Below, piece by piece: positions 25,941 to 35,613 of a stretch of 46,663 bases of DNA. The stretch is from the IMG/VR virus record IMGVR_UViG_3300045988_088633; one strand, given 5' to 3'. Under the pieces are notes generated by a model. The model saw nothing but the letters and a program-made list of their open reading frames with translations. It made no database searches and was not told where the DNA came from. The number at the start of each line of letters is the position of its first letter. The stretch's first letter is position 1. Origin of the DNA: a virus. The position numbers and the translations under genes are program-made.

Positions 25941-26285
25941 TCACCTATGCTTCAAACCGATTCTGACTTGATTTATGCTATCCGCAACTCTGTCAACAAT
26001 CAAGTTAGCAGAACCGTCCTGCGGTGTCTTATTGTGCCATACAAGAGTTTTCCCCTCTACAAAGTTCAATAATCCAAACTCTTTGCAAGTCACAGTTATG
26101 ACATAATCATAACCAAGCCACATGCCGTTTTCTGTTCCGTATGCGTAGCCTGTTGGCGCAGAGATGTTGAGCATGGCGTGAATCGGGTCGCTGTATGTTA
26201 ATACATCGTTGCCCGTTTCATCTTCGCCAGACACAACAGGATTGGAGAACCAGACGCTACGCTTGTTCTTTTCAAGACTGCGCAT
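25941..26285 (-). CDS. Head closure / head-tail adaptor protein
   Basis: Called on position in the connector module. 114 aa. Confidence 0.4.
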   Translation of the reverse strand: MRSLEKNKRSVWFSNPVVSGEDETGNDVLTYSDPIHAMLNISAPTGYAYGTENGMWLGYDYVITVTCKEFGLLNFVEGKTLVWHNKTPQDGSANLIVDRVADSINQVRIGLKHR

Positions 26286-26607
26286 CTGTTTTCACCGTAG
26301 GAACGCCGCAAAAGGTCACAACGTTGTTTCTGATGAAGTCCTCGATACTTTCATAAGTACGATGAACTCCGTTCTCGATGTGCTCTTTCTCGCCTTCCGC
26401 ACCTCTCAAGTTGTACATACGCTCCGCAACTTCTAGTTGCAGGAAACCGTATCGGGGCGGCAATCCAACGCCGGATGTGTCCTTGTACGGATACACCGCC
26501 CCTACAATTCTATCACTAGCTCGAGTGAGCAACAGAATCAGGAGTTCATCTTCGTCTGTGCCATCAATGCCGAGCATGATTTTCAACTGTTGAAGTTTTT
26601 CTTCCAT
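26272..26607 (-). CDS. Head-tail connector protein (gp6-like)
   Basis: LQQLKIMLGIDGTDEDELLILLLTRA is typical of gp6-like connectors. I prefer ATG 26607 over the TTG at 26634. Confidence 0.55.
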   Translation of the reverse strand: MEEKLQQLKIMLGIDGTDEDELLILLLTRASDRIVGAVYPYKDTSGVGLPPRYGFLQLEVAERMYNLRGAEGEKEHIENGVHRTYESIEDFIRNNVVTFCGVPTVKTDAQS

Positions 26608-26640
26608 AACTCTGTTCTTACTCCTTAATACCAACTTAGA

Positions 26641-27663
26641 TTAGCCGTTAGAGACAATCTTAGCCAGCTTGATATTCTTTGCGTCCCAAACCTTAGTCCA
26701 GTTAGCTGCAGTGCCAAGTTCGGTGCGGGTGGGAGAGTTCTTGGCAATCTGGGTTGTGTCAATAGACATACCAAGCGGATGCAGAGCCATACCCCACTTG
26801 CTGTACAGCTTGTTCACGCCGCCCTTGCTCTCGGGGTCGTAATCGACATAGTTCGGACGGTCAATGCGGACATTCCGAGCAGTAGCGATAGCGCCCTCAC
26901 CAAGCAGGTAGGTGTTGTATGTGGTCAGGCCGTCCTTAGTGCCAGTTGTCAGACTGTCATCGACCATAACCAGATACTTGTTCAGCAGAAGACCGAACTG
27001 AACGCCACGGCTATAAGCGCCTGGGGTGGTAGCAATGTTGTTGACCAGTTGCAGTTTCAGCAGGTTAGTGTACACGCGAGAGTGCATAGCAACCATGGTC
27101 AGGTCATCGAAGTTGTCACCCAGAGCTTCCTGCGCAGCATCAAGGAAAGTATCGCCGGACAGGCGGTTCTCGGCAGTGGCAGTGGCAGTGGTCTGGCTAC
27201 CCTTGCTCGCGGAAATGTCCTTGACGTGAGTGTTCATGCCGGAAACGCCCAGAACACCGTCAACAATGGACAGCAACTCTTTCTGGTTGTTCTTCTGCTG
27301 GTAGTAAGCAACCTTACGAGCAACATCGCCCAGAGGGTCAGCGCCGGTCAGCTCACGAGTAAAGTCTTGGTCTTTCCAAGCGGCCATTCGGCGGAAAGCC
27401 ATGCCGGTCTGCTTGTTAGCAGAAACCTCAACAGGGGTGTTGTCAGTCTCGCCGTCATAGTTCTTAGCATCGCCAGACAGGGGCGCGTAGTTAGGAACGG
27501 TGAAAACGTTGTTTTTGTCGGTCAGAACTGCGGAAATGTCGGGAGACACGCGCAGAACGCCAGAATTGATAATTGAAGTGTGTACGGGGTCTACCTCTTG
27601 GATGTAATCAGTGAAAACATCGGGGTCGAAGTAGAAACCACCAAAAGTACCGGTAACAGCCAT
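26641..27663 (-). CDS. Major capsid protein (SPP1 gp13-like, HK97 fold)
   Basis: 340 aa. The N-terminal pattern FDPDVFTDYIQE...SGVL...NVFTVPNYAPLSGDA...AWKDQDFTRELTGADPLGDVARKVAYY parallels SPP1 gp13. Confidence 0.8.
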   Translation of the reverse strand: MAVTGTFGGFYFDPDVFTDYIQEVDPVHTSIINSGVLRVSPDISAVLTDKNNVFTVPNYAPLSGDAKNYDGETDNTPVEVSANKQTGMAFRRMAAWKDQDFTRELTGADPLGDVARKVAYYQQKNNQKELLSIVDGVLGVSGMNTHVKDISASKGSQTTATATAENRLSGDTFLDAAQEALGDNFDDLTMVAMHSRVYTNLLKLQLVNNIATTPGAYSRGVQFGLLLNKYLVMVDDSLTTGTKDGLTTYNTYLLGEGAIATARNVRIDRPNYVDYDPESKGGVNKLYSKWGMALHPLGMSIDTTQIAKNSPTRTELGTAANWTKVWDAKNIKLAKIVSNG

Positions 27664-27690
27664 TGTCTGATTCCTCTCTTTAACTTAGAT

Positions 27691-28272
27691 TTAGAAGTGT
27701 TTCGCCAATTTCGCGGATTCGGCTTTGTACAGTTCCGGGTTTTTCTGTTTAAGCTCCATCCGTTCCTGCATGGTCATCTTGGAGAACTCTTTCTGACCAT
27801 CGCCAGAACCGCCACCAGAGGGTTGTTTCATGCCTTGCATGAGTTCCTGCCGAATTTGAGTTGTGATGCTCTCCTTCTCGGCGTTGTAGGTGTCGATGAT
27901 GGTTTGAGCGCCAGCCATCGCATCTTCATCTTCCATGTCGGAGAACTTGTCAATCAGCTTGGAATACCCATCTGCTTTAATTCCGTTCTTCGCAAGTTCA
28001 GATTCAATCTTACTCTTGCGCCGGTCTTTCATGAGCGCTGCGTTTTGTGCCTTGATAGCGGCAATGTCAGCGGCTTGCTTCTCTGCATCAGTCATTTTGT
28101 TCTGTTTCAGTTGGTCTAGTTCAGATACAGCGTTCTGATACTTGCCAGCGTCAACATACTTGCCAGTGCCGAGGTCTGCCAGCTTAATGCCCTTTTGTTG
28201 AAGCGCGGTTTCAAGTTGCTCTTTGGTCATGCTCTCTGCGTCGCCAAAGATTGCGGTAAAGTCAAATGCCAT
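27691..28272 (-). CDS. Scaffolding protein
   Basis: It lies between the portal and capsid genes. It is helical and charged, with Met/Gln/Lys-rich repeats. I prefer ATG 28272. Confidence 0.65.
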   Translation of the reverse strand: MAFDFTAIFGDAESMTKEQLETALQQKGIKLADLGTGKYVDAGKYQNAVSELDQLKQNKMTDAEKQAADIAAIKAQNAALMKDRRKSKIESELAKNGIKADGYSKLIDKFSDMEDEDAMAGAQTIIDTYNAEKESITTQIRQELMQGMKQPSGGGSGDGQKEFSKMTMQERMELKQKNPELYKAESAKLAKHF

Positions 28273-28366
28273 AAGAGTTTTCCTTTCCACTGTTTAAACG
28301 TGTTGTGAATCCACAGTCTCTTGCAGTTAAGCGCCAGCAAGATAGGCGAAATATATTAAATCAGAA

Positions 28367-30046
28367 TTACTCTGACTTAGCCTTGTTGATTGCATCGTTC
28401 TGTGCGTTGTTGTCGCCAGAAGTTGTCGTATCATTAGCTTTGGCATTGCGCTGTGCGTTCTGTGCGCTGTCAGCGTCCTGCTTCTTATTTGTCATGTCAT
28501 CAGTTCCGGTACGTTCCTCTTGCTGCGTGTTATCTACTTTCCACTTGGGAATAATAAATTCCTCGCTCATTGCATAAAGGTTCTCCGGGTCGCTGGTGAT
28601 GTCGCTAAGAGAAATAGCACCAAGCGGGTGTACGCCAGCTTGAAGCAGATTCAAAAGCACTTGGCTCTTGTTCAGCAGATTGTCGGTTCTGTTCCGAGTA
28701 AACTTGATGTCAATATCTGCTGTTTCAAGACTTGTAACTTTGAATTGCGGATAGCTTTGCAGAATCTTCAAGGTGACAAGAATGGTTTCGCGCTCGCTCT
28801 TGAAGAACATCTTCTCAAAGCTCAATGCGCGGCTCTCTGCATTTGTCCAACCTTGACCGATAATAAGTGCTTGACCAGTGTTACCGCCAGCGGAAGCGCG
28901 TCTATCAGGCACACCAGCAATGGCAAGAACCTTGTTGTACATATCCTCGACAAGCGTCTGTGTCTGGTCTTGATTCAGTTCGCTTGTGATAATGTCAACA
29001 TCCGAAGTGTACTGACCATTTGACTGAACCTTGATAGCGCCAAGTTCTTTCATCGCCTTAAAGGTATCTTCGTCAATGTCGCAGTTAATGAACTTGATGA
29101 AGCTCTGCACAAACTGCTCTACACCATCAACGCGGTTTGAAACTGTTTCATTCAGCGCGTCAAGAAGTTCGATAACAGGCTCAAAAGAACCCAATCGTGA
29201 AGTGTTAGCGTCATACTCAACAATCGGGTTAATCCCCATAGGATTGGGCGCAACTTCAAATTGGGTTGTCCCACTGACGACAATGTCCATCCAAGATGTT
29301 GACTGGTCACTGTCATCAGCAACGGGCATTGAATACGGAAGCGATGTTGTGTACACGTTATCATCCGTATAGGCAACGATTTCAACCGTGTCAATCTGAC
29401 CAGAACCGTGCTTCCTGTGATAACTGCAACTTAGCAGCTTTGAGTGTTCCATGTTTGTGCTGTACACGCAGAAGGTGTTTCGTGGGTCTAGCACAGATGT
29501 GTGGAACGGTGGTGCAGACTTTTCCTTTCTGCGCATCGCAGAAGCGGAAAGCGGGAAAGTAGCCTTGTAGCCAACGCCGCACTCAAAAATCCAGTCAGCA
29601 AGCTCTCTATCTGTATTCGGCTTATCATCGTTAAGGCAAAGCGTATTCAGCTTGTTCACCTTGTCCTCATTGCCGCGTTTGCGCAGCTTAGAGGGCTGTT
29701 CTGACGGTTCTTTTTTGTCGGTAGTATAATCTGCCGTCTGAACACTGTCATCATTTTTAGCCCTTGCTACATAGGTTACAGGAGAGCCGAAGCAATAGCC
29801 GGTCTTGAACTCAACAATCTCATACGCATGGTTCTCAACAATTTTATTGTTGATTTCCGGGCGCACTTCCTTTGTGCGGTCAAGTACAGGCTGAATACCC
29901 TTTGTATAATTATGCAAATAGTCAATGTCTTGAGCATTGTTAAGGTGAACAGGAATCGCATCAGCCAGAATCCGGGCAACTGCAACAGCGTCAATCTCAT
30001 CCGGTTCATAAGAAGAATAGATTCTATTTCGGCCTTTGTTAAGCAT
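28367..30046 (-). CDS. Portal protein (SPP1 gp6-like)
   Basis: 559 aa with IDYLHNYTKGIQPVLDRTKEVRPEINNKIVENHAYEIVEFKTGY. RBS GGGGGTGA. Confidence 0.85.
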   Translation of the reverse strand: MLNKGRNRIYSSYEPDEIDAVAVARILADAIPVHLNNAQDIDYLHNYTKGIQPVLDRTKEVRPEINNKIVENHAYEIVEFKTGYCFGSPVTYVARAKNDDSVQTADYTTDKKEPSEQPSKLRKRGNEDKVNKLNTLCLNDDKPNTDRELADWIFECGVGYKATFPLSASAMRRKEKSAPPFHTSVLDPRNTFCVYSTNMEHSKLLSCSYHRKHGSGQIDTVEIVAYTDDNVYTTSLPYSMPVADDSDQSTSWMDIVVSGTTQFEVAPNPMGINPIVEYDANTSRLGSFEPVIELLDALNETVSNRVDGVEQFVQSFIKFINCDIDEDTFKAMKELGAIKVQSNGQYTSDVDIITSELNQDQTQTLVEDMYNKVLAIAGVPDRRASAGGNTGQALIIGQGWTNAESRALSFEKMFFKSERETILVTLKILQSYPQFKVTSLETADIDIKFTRNRTDNLLNKSQVLLNLLQAGVHPLGAISLSDITSDPENLYAMSEEFIIPKWKVDNTQQEERTGTDDMTNKKQDADSAQNAQRNAKANDTTTSGDNNAQNDAINKAKSE

Positions 30047-30072
30047 TAGTTCACCCCCATTTGCTTGTTTAC

Positions 30073-30101
30073 ATAATAATTTATTTTCGGCCTACGCGCA
30101 A
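30073..30101 (-). promoter_or_regulatory. Possible promoter for the structural operon (TTGCGC-17-TATTAT)
   Basis: The hexamers are weaker, but the spacer is 17 bp and it lies 27 nt upstream of the portal ATG. Confidence 0.35.
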
Positions 30102-30128
30102 CAATCTTGCCATAGTTTGCTCTCGCAC

Positions 30129-30157
30129 TTGAAAAAGTTGCCGTCATAAGTTATAAT
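30129..30157 (+). promoter_or_regulatory. Promoter of the terminase operon (TTGAAA-17-TATAAT)
   Basis: -35 box 30129..30134, -10 box 30152..30157, exact 17-bp spacer. Confidence 0.75.
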
Positions 30158-30191
30158 TAAGCCATAAACATTACAGAAAGGGGTTGACAAA

Positions 30192-30443
30192 GTGGAAATT
30201 AAGCCACTCACGGCCAAAGAATTGACCTTCAAAGGCTACGGCTCAAGCACCACAATTAGCAAGTATGTTGCCATGGGTATGCCAAGGCATGGCGTTAGAG
30301 GTAACTACTGGTTTATTGAGGAAGAAGTAAAACAATGGATTCTTTACCGTGGCGAAAAGCTGTTTATAGCTTGTCCGCATTGCGGAAAACTGATTCAAGT
30401 TCCTAAAGAGGTGGTTGCAAATGCAAAGACAACAACAGATTAA
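30192..30443 (+). CDS. HTH (excisionase/MerR-like) plus Zn-ribbon DNA-binding protein; positional small-terminase candidate
   Basis: LTAKELTFKGYGSSTTISKYVAMGMP....WFIEEEVKQW plus CPHCG. The GTG start follows AAAGGGG. It overlaps terL. Confidence 0.45.
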   Translation: MEIKPLTAKELTFKGYGSSTTISKYVAMGMPRHGVRGNYWFIEEEVKQWILYRGEKLFIACPHCGKLIQVPKEVVANAKTTTD

Positions 30444-32124
30444 CGACCATAAGCGAATTGCTTCGTTCTCCAAGTTGCTGAAAGAAAACCCGAAGGACAT
30501 TCGTCTTGCGGAAGCATTGCTTTCTGCCTGTGCAAACGCAACCGCAAAAGATGACGGCAGTTATGAAACAAAAACAGTAGAAGCGGAGTACGCCTTTAAG
30601 AAAGGCATGGAAGTTTACAACGCCTGTTTGTTCAACGTGGCAAATGCGCGAGACATTGACGACAAACGTAAGTGGCTTGTCCTAACTAAGAGTTCGCTTC
30701 TGTTTTTGGCTCATAAATATTTTGACAGTTTCTTGCTCTACTTGGAGTTTGACCGCAGACCAGACAAGCGCTTTTACGCCCCAAGAAAGAACCAGCTAAA
30801 AAAGATTGTTGACGGGTATCAAGACATAGCAGATGGAAAACTAGACCTTTTGACGGTTTCCATGCCGAAAAGATGCGGAAAATCGCAACTTGGTTCGATT
30901 TTGTTCTCAATTTGGCGAGCTGGAATGTACCCCGATAAGTCAATTCTGTTGACAGGACAAGGCGACCAGCTTGTAAAATCGTTCTATGACGGTTGTCTTG
31001 AAATCATGCAGGACAGGGCAACTTATAATTATTGGGATGTTTTCCCGGGAGCAACCATTGCGAACACTAACGCGGAGTTAAAGTCAATCGACTTGAACTC
31101 AAAAAAGCGTTTTCCAACAATAACTTGCCGCTCCATCGACGGAAAATTAACGGGCGCCACGGAAGCAAGCAACTTTTTGTCGATTGATGACCCCGTGTCT
31201 GGATTTGAGGAAGCGAACAACTACGCTCGCCTTGATTTGCTGTGGAACAAAATCCGTGGTGATGTACTCGGCAGACGAAAAGAGGGCGTTCCGATTATTA
31301 TTATCGGCACTCGGTATTCCATTCATGACCCTATCGGCCATTTGCAAGAAATGGGCAAACAGCTTGGTTGGCGCGTAAAGATTGTCGAAGTGCCAGCGCT
31401 TGACCCCGTTACAGACGAATCAAACTTCCGTTACAAATACGGTCTTGGTTTCAGCACTGAATATTACAGAAACGAGCGAAAACTAACACTAGAAAGCCAG
31501 TGGGCATCTGAATTTCAGCAGCAGCCCATCGAAACCCGTGGCGCTATCTTCCAAAAAGACACGCTTCAATACTATATGGAGCTTCCGCAAGGTATTGAAC
31601 CTGATGCGATTTTGTCCGTCACAGATACGGCTCTTGGCGGCGGCGACTTTACATCAATGCCGGTAGGATATATCTACGGAGAAGATGTTTATATAGAAGA
31701 TGTTGTTTATAACTCTGCGTTACCAACAGTAGTTGTCCCAGAGATTGCGCAGAAATGCAAAAAGCACAAAATATCAATCAATCAGGTAGAATCAAACAAC
31801 CAAGGTTTGATGATTGCTGAACATATTGAAAAGGAACTGCAAGTAATCGGAGCACACACTTCAATCAGAACGAAGCTAACAACAGCAAACAAACAGACAA
31901 AAATCCTTACGCAGTCAGACTACATTAAGAAACACTTTTTCTTTAAGCATGAGAGTATGTACGAAGCTGGAAGCGAATACGGCGCTGCGATGCGTGAAAT
32001 GTGGTCATATTCACAGCTTGCAAAGAATAACCATGATGATTTCTGCGACAGTTGCAGTCAGCTGTCAATTTTCGTGCAAACAATAGTTGGATGCAAGGTT
32101 ACTGCTTTCAAAAGACCTTTCTAA
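30421..32124 (+). CDS. terL: Terminase large subunit
   Basis: Walker A MPKRCGKSQ, IIIGTRYSIHDP and a nuclease-domain DTALGGGDFTS. ATG 30421 lies 6 nt after AAGAGGTGG. Confidence 0.85.
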   Translation: MQRQQQINDHKRIASFSKLLKENPKDIRLAEALLSACANATAKDDGSYETKTVEAEYAFKKGMEVYNACLFNVANARDIDDKRKWLVLTKSSLLFLAHKYFDSFLLYLEFDRRPDKRFYAPRKNQLKKIVDGYQDIADGKLDLLTVSMPKRCGKSQLGSILFSIWRAGMYPDKSILLTGQGDQLVKSFYDGCLEIMQDRATYNYWDVFPGATIANTNAELKSIDLNSKKRFPTITCRSIDGKLTGATEASNFLSIDDPVSGFEEANNYARLDLLWNKIRGDVLGRRKEGVPIIIIGTRYSIHDPIGHLQEMGKQLGWRVKIVEVPALDPVTDESNFRYKYGLGFSTEYYRNERKLTLESQWASEFQQQPIETRGAIFQKDTLQYYMELPQGIEPDAILSVTDTALGGGDFTSMPVGYIYGEDVYIEDVVYNSALPTVVVPEIAQKCKKHKISINQVESNNQGLMIAEHIEKELQVIGAHTSIRTKLTTANKQTKILTQSDYIKKHFFFKHESMYEAGSEYGAAMREMWSYSQLAKNNHDDFCDSCSQLSIFVQTIVGCKVTAFKRPF

Positions 32125-32129
32125 GCCTA

Positions 32130-32158
32130 TTGACTTTTCCGTTTCCATCTGCTATAAT
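32130..32158 (+). promoter_or_regulatory. Promoter (TTGACT-17-TATAAT)
   Basis: It starts 6 nt after the terL stop and has an exact 17-bp spacer. Confidence 0.75.
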
Positions 32159-32223
32159 ACAGATATGGGTTCTGTTCGGAAATGCGGTCTGAACAAGGCC
32201 GCAAAAACTGAATAGAATCTATC

Positions 32224-32274
32224 AAAAAAGTCATTACGGGGCGTACCGCATTTGCGTCCAGTAATGGCTTTTTT
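32224..32274 (+). terminator. Strong rho-independent terminator inside the leader of 32297..33340
   Basis: A two-part stem (32230-32237/32261-32268 and 32239-32245/32253-32259) is flanked by A6 and followed by U6. It ends 9 nt before the RBS. Confidence 0.7.
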
Positions 32275-32296
32275 GACTATTTGGAGATATATCAAC

Positions 32297-33340
32297 ATGA
32301 TGAAATTCGTAAATGGTTTTCCGCAAGAAGAACTTGCGTGCATGGTTGACGTTATGATTGGAAAAGACAAAAAACCGCACGAAGTTAGAATTGACGCGGC
32401 TGACACGCTTATTCTTCAATGGCTATTGCACTTTTATCCCAGAATGAACAAGAAAAAGGTAAATGATGAAGAATACGCATATATCAGCTACAAGAAAATC
32501 GTGGAAGATTTGCCGATTCTGAACACAACCAAAAGAGCCGTTGCCGCAAGATTTAAGAAAATTGAGCACTTCGGACTTGTTAAAATGCTTGTAGAGAAAG
32601 ACGAATTCGGAACTTACACATATATTCATCTGACGAAGAAGTATTTTTCTTTGCTTGAAACAGCAGATGGGGGTTGTCCCTCGAAGAACAACGGGGTTGT
32701 CCCTCGACACGCAACCAAAAATAGTAAGTTAGAAAACAGTAAGATTAGAGCTAATATTTCTCAACAAACCGATTCAAGCGCAAGCGATGCACCAATTCCT
32801 GCGGAATCGGTGAGAAATGAGAAAACAAAATCTCTTTGGGATATTAGCAGAGAAATAACAGGGAATGACCCGTTTACTTTTCCCTGTCAGCCTACGAGCG
32901 ATAGCGAGGAAAACAGCGCCGCAGGCATTGTAAAGAAGAAGTCGCTTGTTAAAAATTTAACAGATATGGATGATAAGGACATCAAATTGTTGAGAGCAGC
33001 GCTTCTTGGTAAGGCATACGGCATGGCGATTATAGATGATGTACCATTTTCAATGCAATGTGGCACAGACCACGGAGTTGCTACTCTCACAATGGAAGGG
33101 GCGTTTGACTATTGGCTCGACCATGCGCTATACCGTGAGAGCACGAGAGAAGCCTATTTAAGCAAGTTTCTTGAAGCGTGGAAAAATATCTGCGATAACT
33201 GCGCGGACCGTTTTTGGATGCCTTCGCGTGGCGGTGACGGCTATGTGTGGCAGAATGTAATCAATGGTTATGCAAACAACTGGAATCCGGGTACTCCAAG
33301 CGAGCGCCGGGAAGCTAAAGCAAAGGGGATTTTTGAATGA
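32297..33340 (+). CDS. Winged-helix DNA-binding protein with large unknown C-terminal domain
   Basis: ISYKKIVEDLPILNTTKRAVAARFKKIEHFGLVKMLVEKDEFGTYTYIHL resembles the N-terminus of 7664..8152. Confidence 0.45.
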   Translation: MMKFVNGFPQEELACMVDVMIGKDKKPHEVRIDAADTLILQWLLHFYPRMNKKKVNDEEYAYISYKKIVEDLPILNTTKRAVAARFKKIEHFGLVKMLVEKDEFGTYTYIHLTKKYFSLLETADGGCPSKNNGVVPRHATKNSKLENSKIRANISQQTDSSASDAPIPAESVRNEKTKSLWDISREITGNDPFTFPCQPTSDSEENSAAGIVKKKSLVKNLTDMDDKDIKLLRAALLGKAYGMAIIDDVPFSMQCGTDHGVATLTMEGAFDYWLDHALYRESTREAYLSKFLEAWKNICDNCADRFWMPSRGGDGYVWQNVINGYANNWNPGTPSERREAKAKGIFE

Positions 33341-33567
33341 GCGCTGAAATTTTTAAGGCAATTTCCATTGCTGGTTTTATGATATTTTTGAATTGTCTTA
33401 TTCTCATGCTCCTGTGCTGTATGTTGAACGCGATTGGTGAAAGCAACGGGTACGGAACGAAATTTTGTGACTTAATAGAAAAATGCACAATGCTTCTGAT
33501 TGTTATTGGCGCATTTGCTATTATGACGGCGTTAAATTGTGCAATCCTGTACGCCTTGTTTTCATAA
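33337..33567 (+). CDS. Small membrane protein (2 TM)
   Basis: ATGA overlap with the upstream gene. Two hydrophobic helices. Confidence 0.55.
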   Translation: MSAEIFKAISIAGFMIFLNCLILMLLCCMLNAIGESNGYGTKFCDLIEKCTMLLIVIGAFAIMTALNCAILYALFS

Positions 33568-33593
33568 TCCATAAATTCTGCAACATCTGTCCA

Positions 33594-33622
33594 TTCACAT
33601 ACTTCGAGAGACGCGGTATAAT
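33594..33622 (+). promoter_or_regulatory. Promoter (TTCACA-17-TATAAT)
   Basis: -35 box 33594..33599, -10 box 33617..33622. Confidence 0.6.
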
Positions 33623-33652
33623 CATACCAGAGACAGAGAAAGGAGATTTGAC

Positions 33653-35059
33653 ATGGACGAACTGCTCAAAAAATGCTATGGCGGACTTTTCAAGGTCGGA
33701 GATAAAGTCAGAATAAGGAGAGACATTAAAGATTTAGCTGAATTAAAGAGAGTCGATATTGATAGATATACGATAATATTTCCAAACAAAATTCAAGAAT
33801 CTCAGAAATCGCTCTATAAAATCAGTTATGGCATGGTTGTGAGTGCTGGTAAAACAGCAGAAGTGACAGAAATTATTCCAAACCAAAGCGGAGCGCCTCT
33901 TTTAAGCACTCTGTATAGACTTAAAATCAATGGAAGCTATTCTGAATGGTGTTGGAAACACGCTCTGCTTGAAAAAGTGGAAGAAGAAAATTCAGACAAT
34001 TCTTCCGAAGTCGATGGCGCTAAGTGGGAATTACCGCTGAAAATCGGTCAAAAAGTTTCAATCAGAAAAAATTTAAAAGAAGGAAATTTTGAAGACTTTT
34101 ACATTTGCGGAACGAGGTTTAGAAACGCTGGCATTGTATGTGAAATGGAGAAATTTCGCGGCTGCATAGCTACTATTACAGACGTTTTACCAAATGAGGA
34201 AATTGTAGGTGGTTGCATTTACTATCTGGCTGTTGATGGAACGAAATGCGGTTGGCAATGGGATATTTCAATGTTTGATGGATTTAACGCTTGGAGAGAC
34301 AAACAGGAAACAGACGCTAAACGTAAGACAGAATCTTCCCCGTCTTTTCCTCTCAAGGTTGGAGACACCGTAACTGTTAGACGCGATATTGCGGAAAGGC
34401 GCGATAAAAGTGGGTACATTTGGTCTACTGTGAATGGCCAAAAAATTAAATCGCATTTAGTAACAAGCAGTATGGTTAGTATGGCGGGTGAATCTGGTAA
34501 AATTACAAGTATTTACAGCGAAGGCAAAGATATTGTTTATACATTGGCGTTTTCCAATACAATGTATAATGGATTTCTTTGGAGCATAAGCTGTCTCGAA
34601 GAATTTCACGACTACAAGGATTATGTTGAGGGAAACAGCGGCAAAAAGAAAGCACCACGAAAGAAATCGGAAGAACGCGGAGAAGATTACTACGGAGACA
34701 GTCGAAAAATAATTGACGATTCGGCAGGGCTTAAAACCGACTTCTTTTTTGCGTATGACTACAAGGGCAGAAAGCGCGTGTTCCCATACATCGAAGGATT
34801 TATCACCAAGATTGATGTTACAATCATTTCTGGCGATGAAACAGGTCTGGTTTACTTTGTGAAAGACGGCAAAGCAAATAGAATCGCGTTTGACGCAAGC
34901 GTTGGAACTCGGTTTATATCCTATGATGACGGAACTTACACTGTTGAAGGCAAGGAAAACATCAAAAAGTGGCTAAGTTGGAGTTATGACAAAGACAAAG
35001 CCAAAAATGTAAACTACGCAATTCAGCACATGATTGATTTCTTGGGCGGTGATAAGTGA
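33653..35059 (+). CDS. Unknown 468-aa protein with three tandem ~100-aa repeats
   Basis: The repeats start FKVGDKVRIRRDIK / LKIGQKVSIRKNLK / LKVGDTVTVRRDIA and each ends in a W-containing strand. RBS AAAGGAG. Confidence 0.6.
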   Translation: MDELLKKCYGGLFKVGDKVRIRRDIKDLAELKRVDIDRYTIIFPNKIQESQKSLYKISYGMVVSAGKTAEVTEIIPNQSGAPLLSTLYRLKINGSYSEWCWKHALLEKVEEENSDNSSEVDGAKWELPLKIGQKVSIRKNLKEGNFEDFYICGTRFRNAGIVCEMEKFRGCIATITDVLPNEEIVGGCIYYLAVDGTKCGWQWDISMFDGFNAWRDKQETDAKRKTESSPSFPLKVGDTVTVRRDIAERRDKSGYIWSTVNGQKIKSHLVTSSMVSMAGESGKITSIYSEGKDIVYTLAFSNTMYNGFLWSISCLEEFHDYKDYVEGNSGKKKAPRKKSEERGEDYYGDSRKIIDDSAGLKTDFFFAYDYKGRKRVFPYIEGFITKIDVTIISGDETGLVYFVKDGKANRIAFDASVGTRFISYDDGTYTVEGKENIKKWLSWSYDKDKAKNVNYAIQHMIDFLGGDK

Positions 35060-35613
35060 TGCCTTACGCTGACACAGAAAAGAGACTGGCGTACCACAGG
35101 AAGTACAACAGAGAGACGCGGGAATGGGCCAAGAAAAACGGAATTTGCGTTGTTTGTTGCAAACAAAAGGCCGATGAAGGTCATGCCACTTGCCTACAAT
35201 GCCGTATGGCCGACAGAGAACGGTCTAAAAAGCCGAGAAATCTAGCAGCAGATAAAGTTGCCGAGCAAAAAAGCAAACGCGCACAGCGCCGCTTAGACCT
35301 CATAGCGCAAGGGATATGCGTGCAATGCGGGAAGCGGAAAACTGGTGAGTATCAGATATGCGACGTTTGTAGAGCAAAAATCAACGCAAGACGCAAGAAA
35401 AAGTATAACGAATCAAAAGAAATTCCAATCGTTCTTTACGGAGAACAAGGAATGTGCGCAAGATGCGGGAAGCCTACTTACGCTAACTCAAAGTTGTGCA
35501 AGTTCCACTATGATGTTGCTGTACAGAACCTGGGCAAAGCAGAGAACCGCGGTTCTGAAACATACAGAAAAACGAATCAACTATTTTTTAAACGAAAAGG
35601 AGCAGACAAATGA
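35056..35613 (+). CDS. Triple zinc-ribbon protein, basic
   Basis: Three CxxC-(9-11)-CxxC units (CVVCC..CLQC, CVQCG..CDVC, CARCG..CKFH). ATGA overlap with the upstream gene. Confidence 0.55.
   Translation: MMPYADTEKRLAYHRKYNRETREWAKKNGICVVCCKQKADEGHATCLQCRMADRERSKKPRNLAADKVAEQKSKRAQRRLDLIAQGICVQCGKRKTGEYQICDVCRAKINARRKKKYNESKEIPIVLYGEQGMCARCGKPTYANSKLCKFHYDVAVQNLGKAENRGSETYRKTNQLFFKRKGADK

Noticed and set aside
26779-27576. 265-aa plus-strand ORF
   Set aside because: It is antisense to the major capsid gene and has no RBS.
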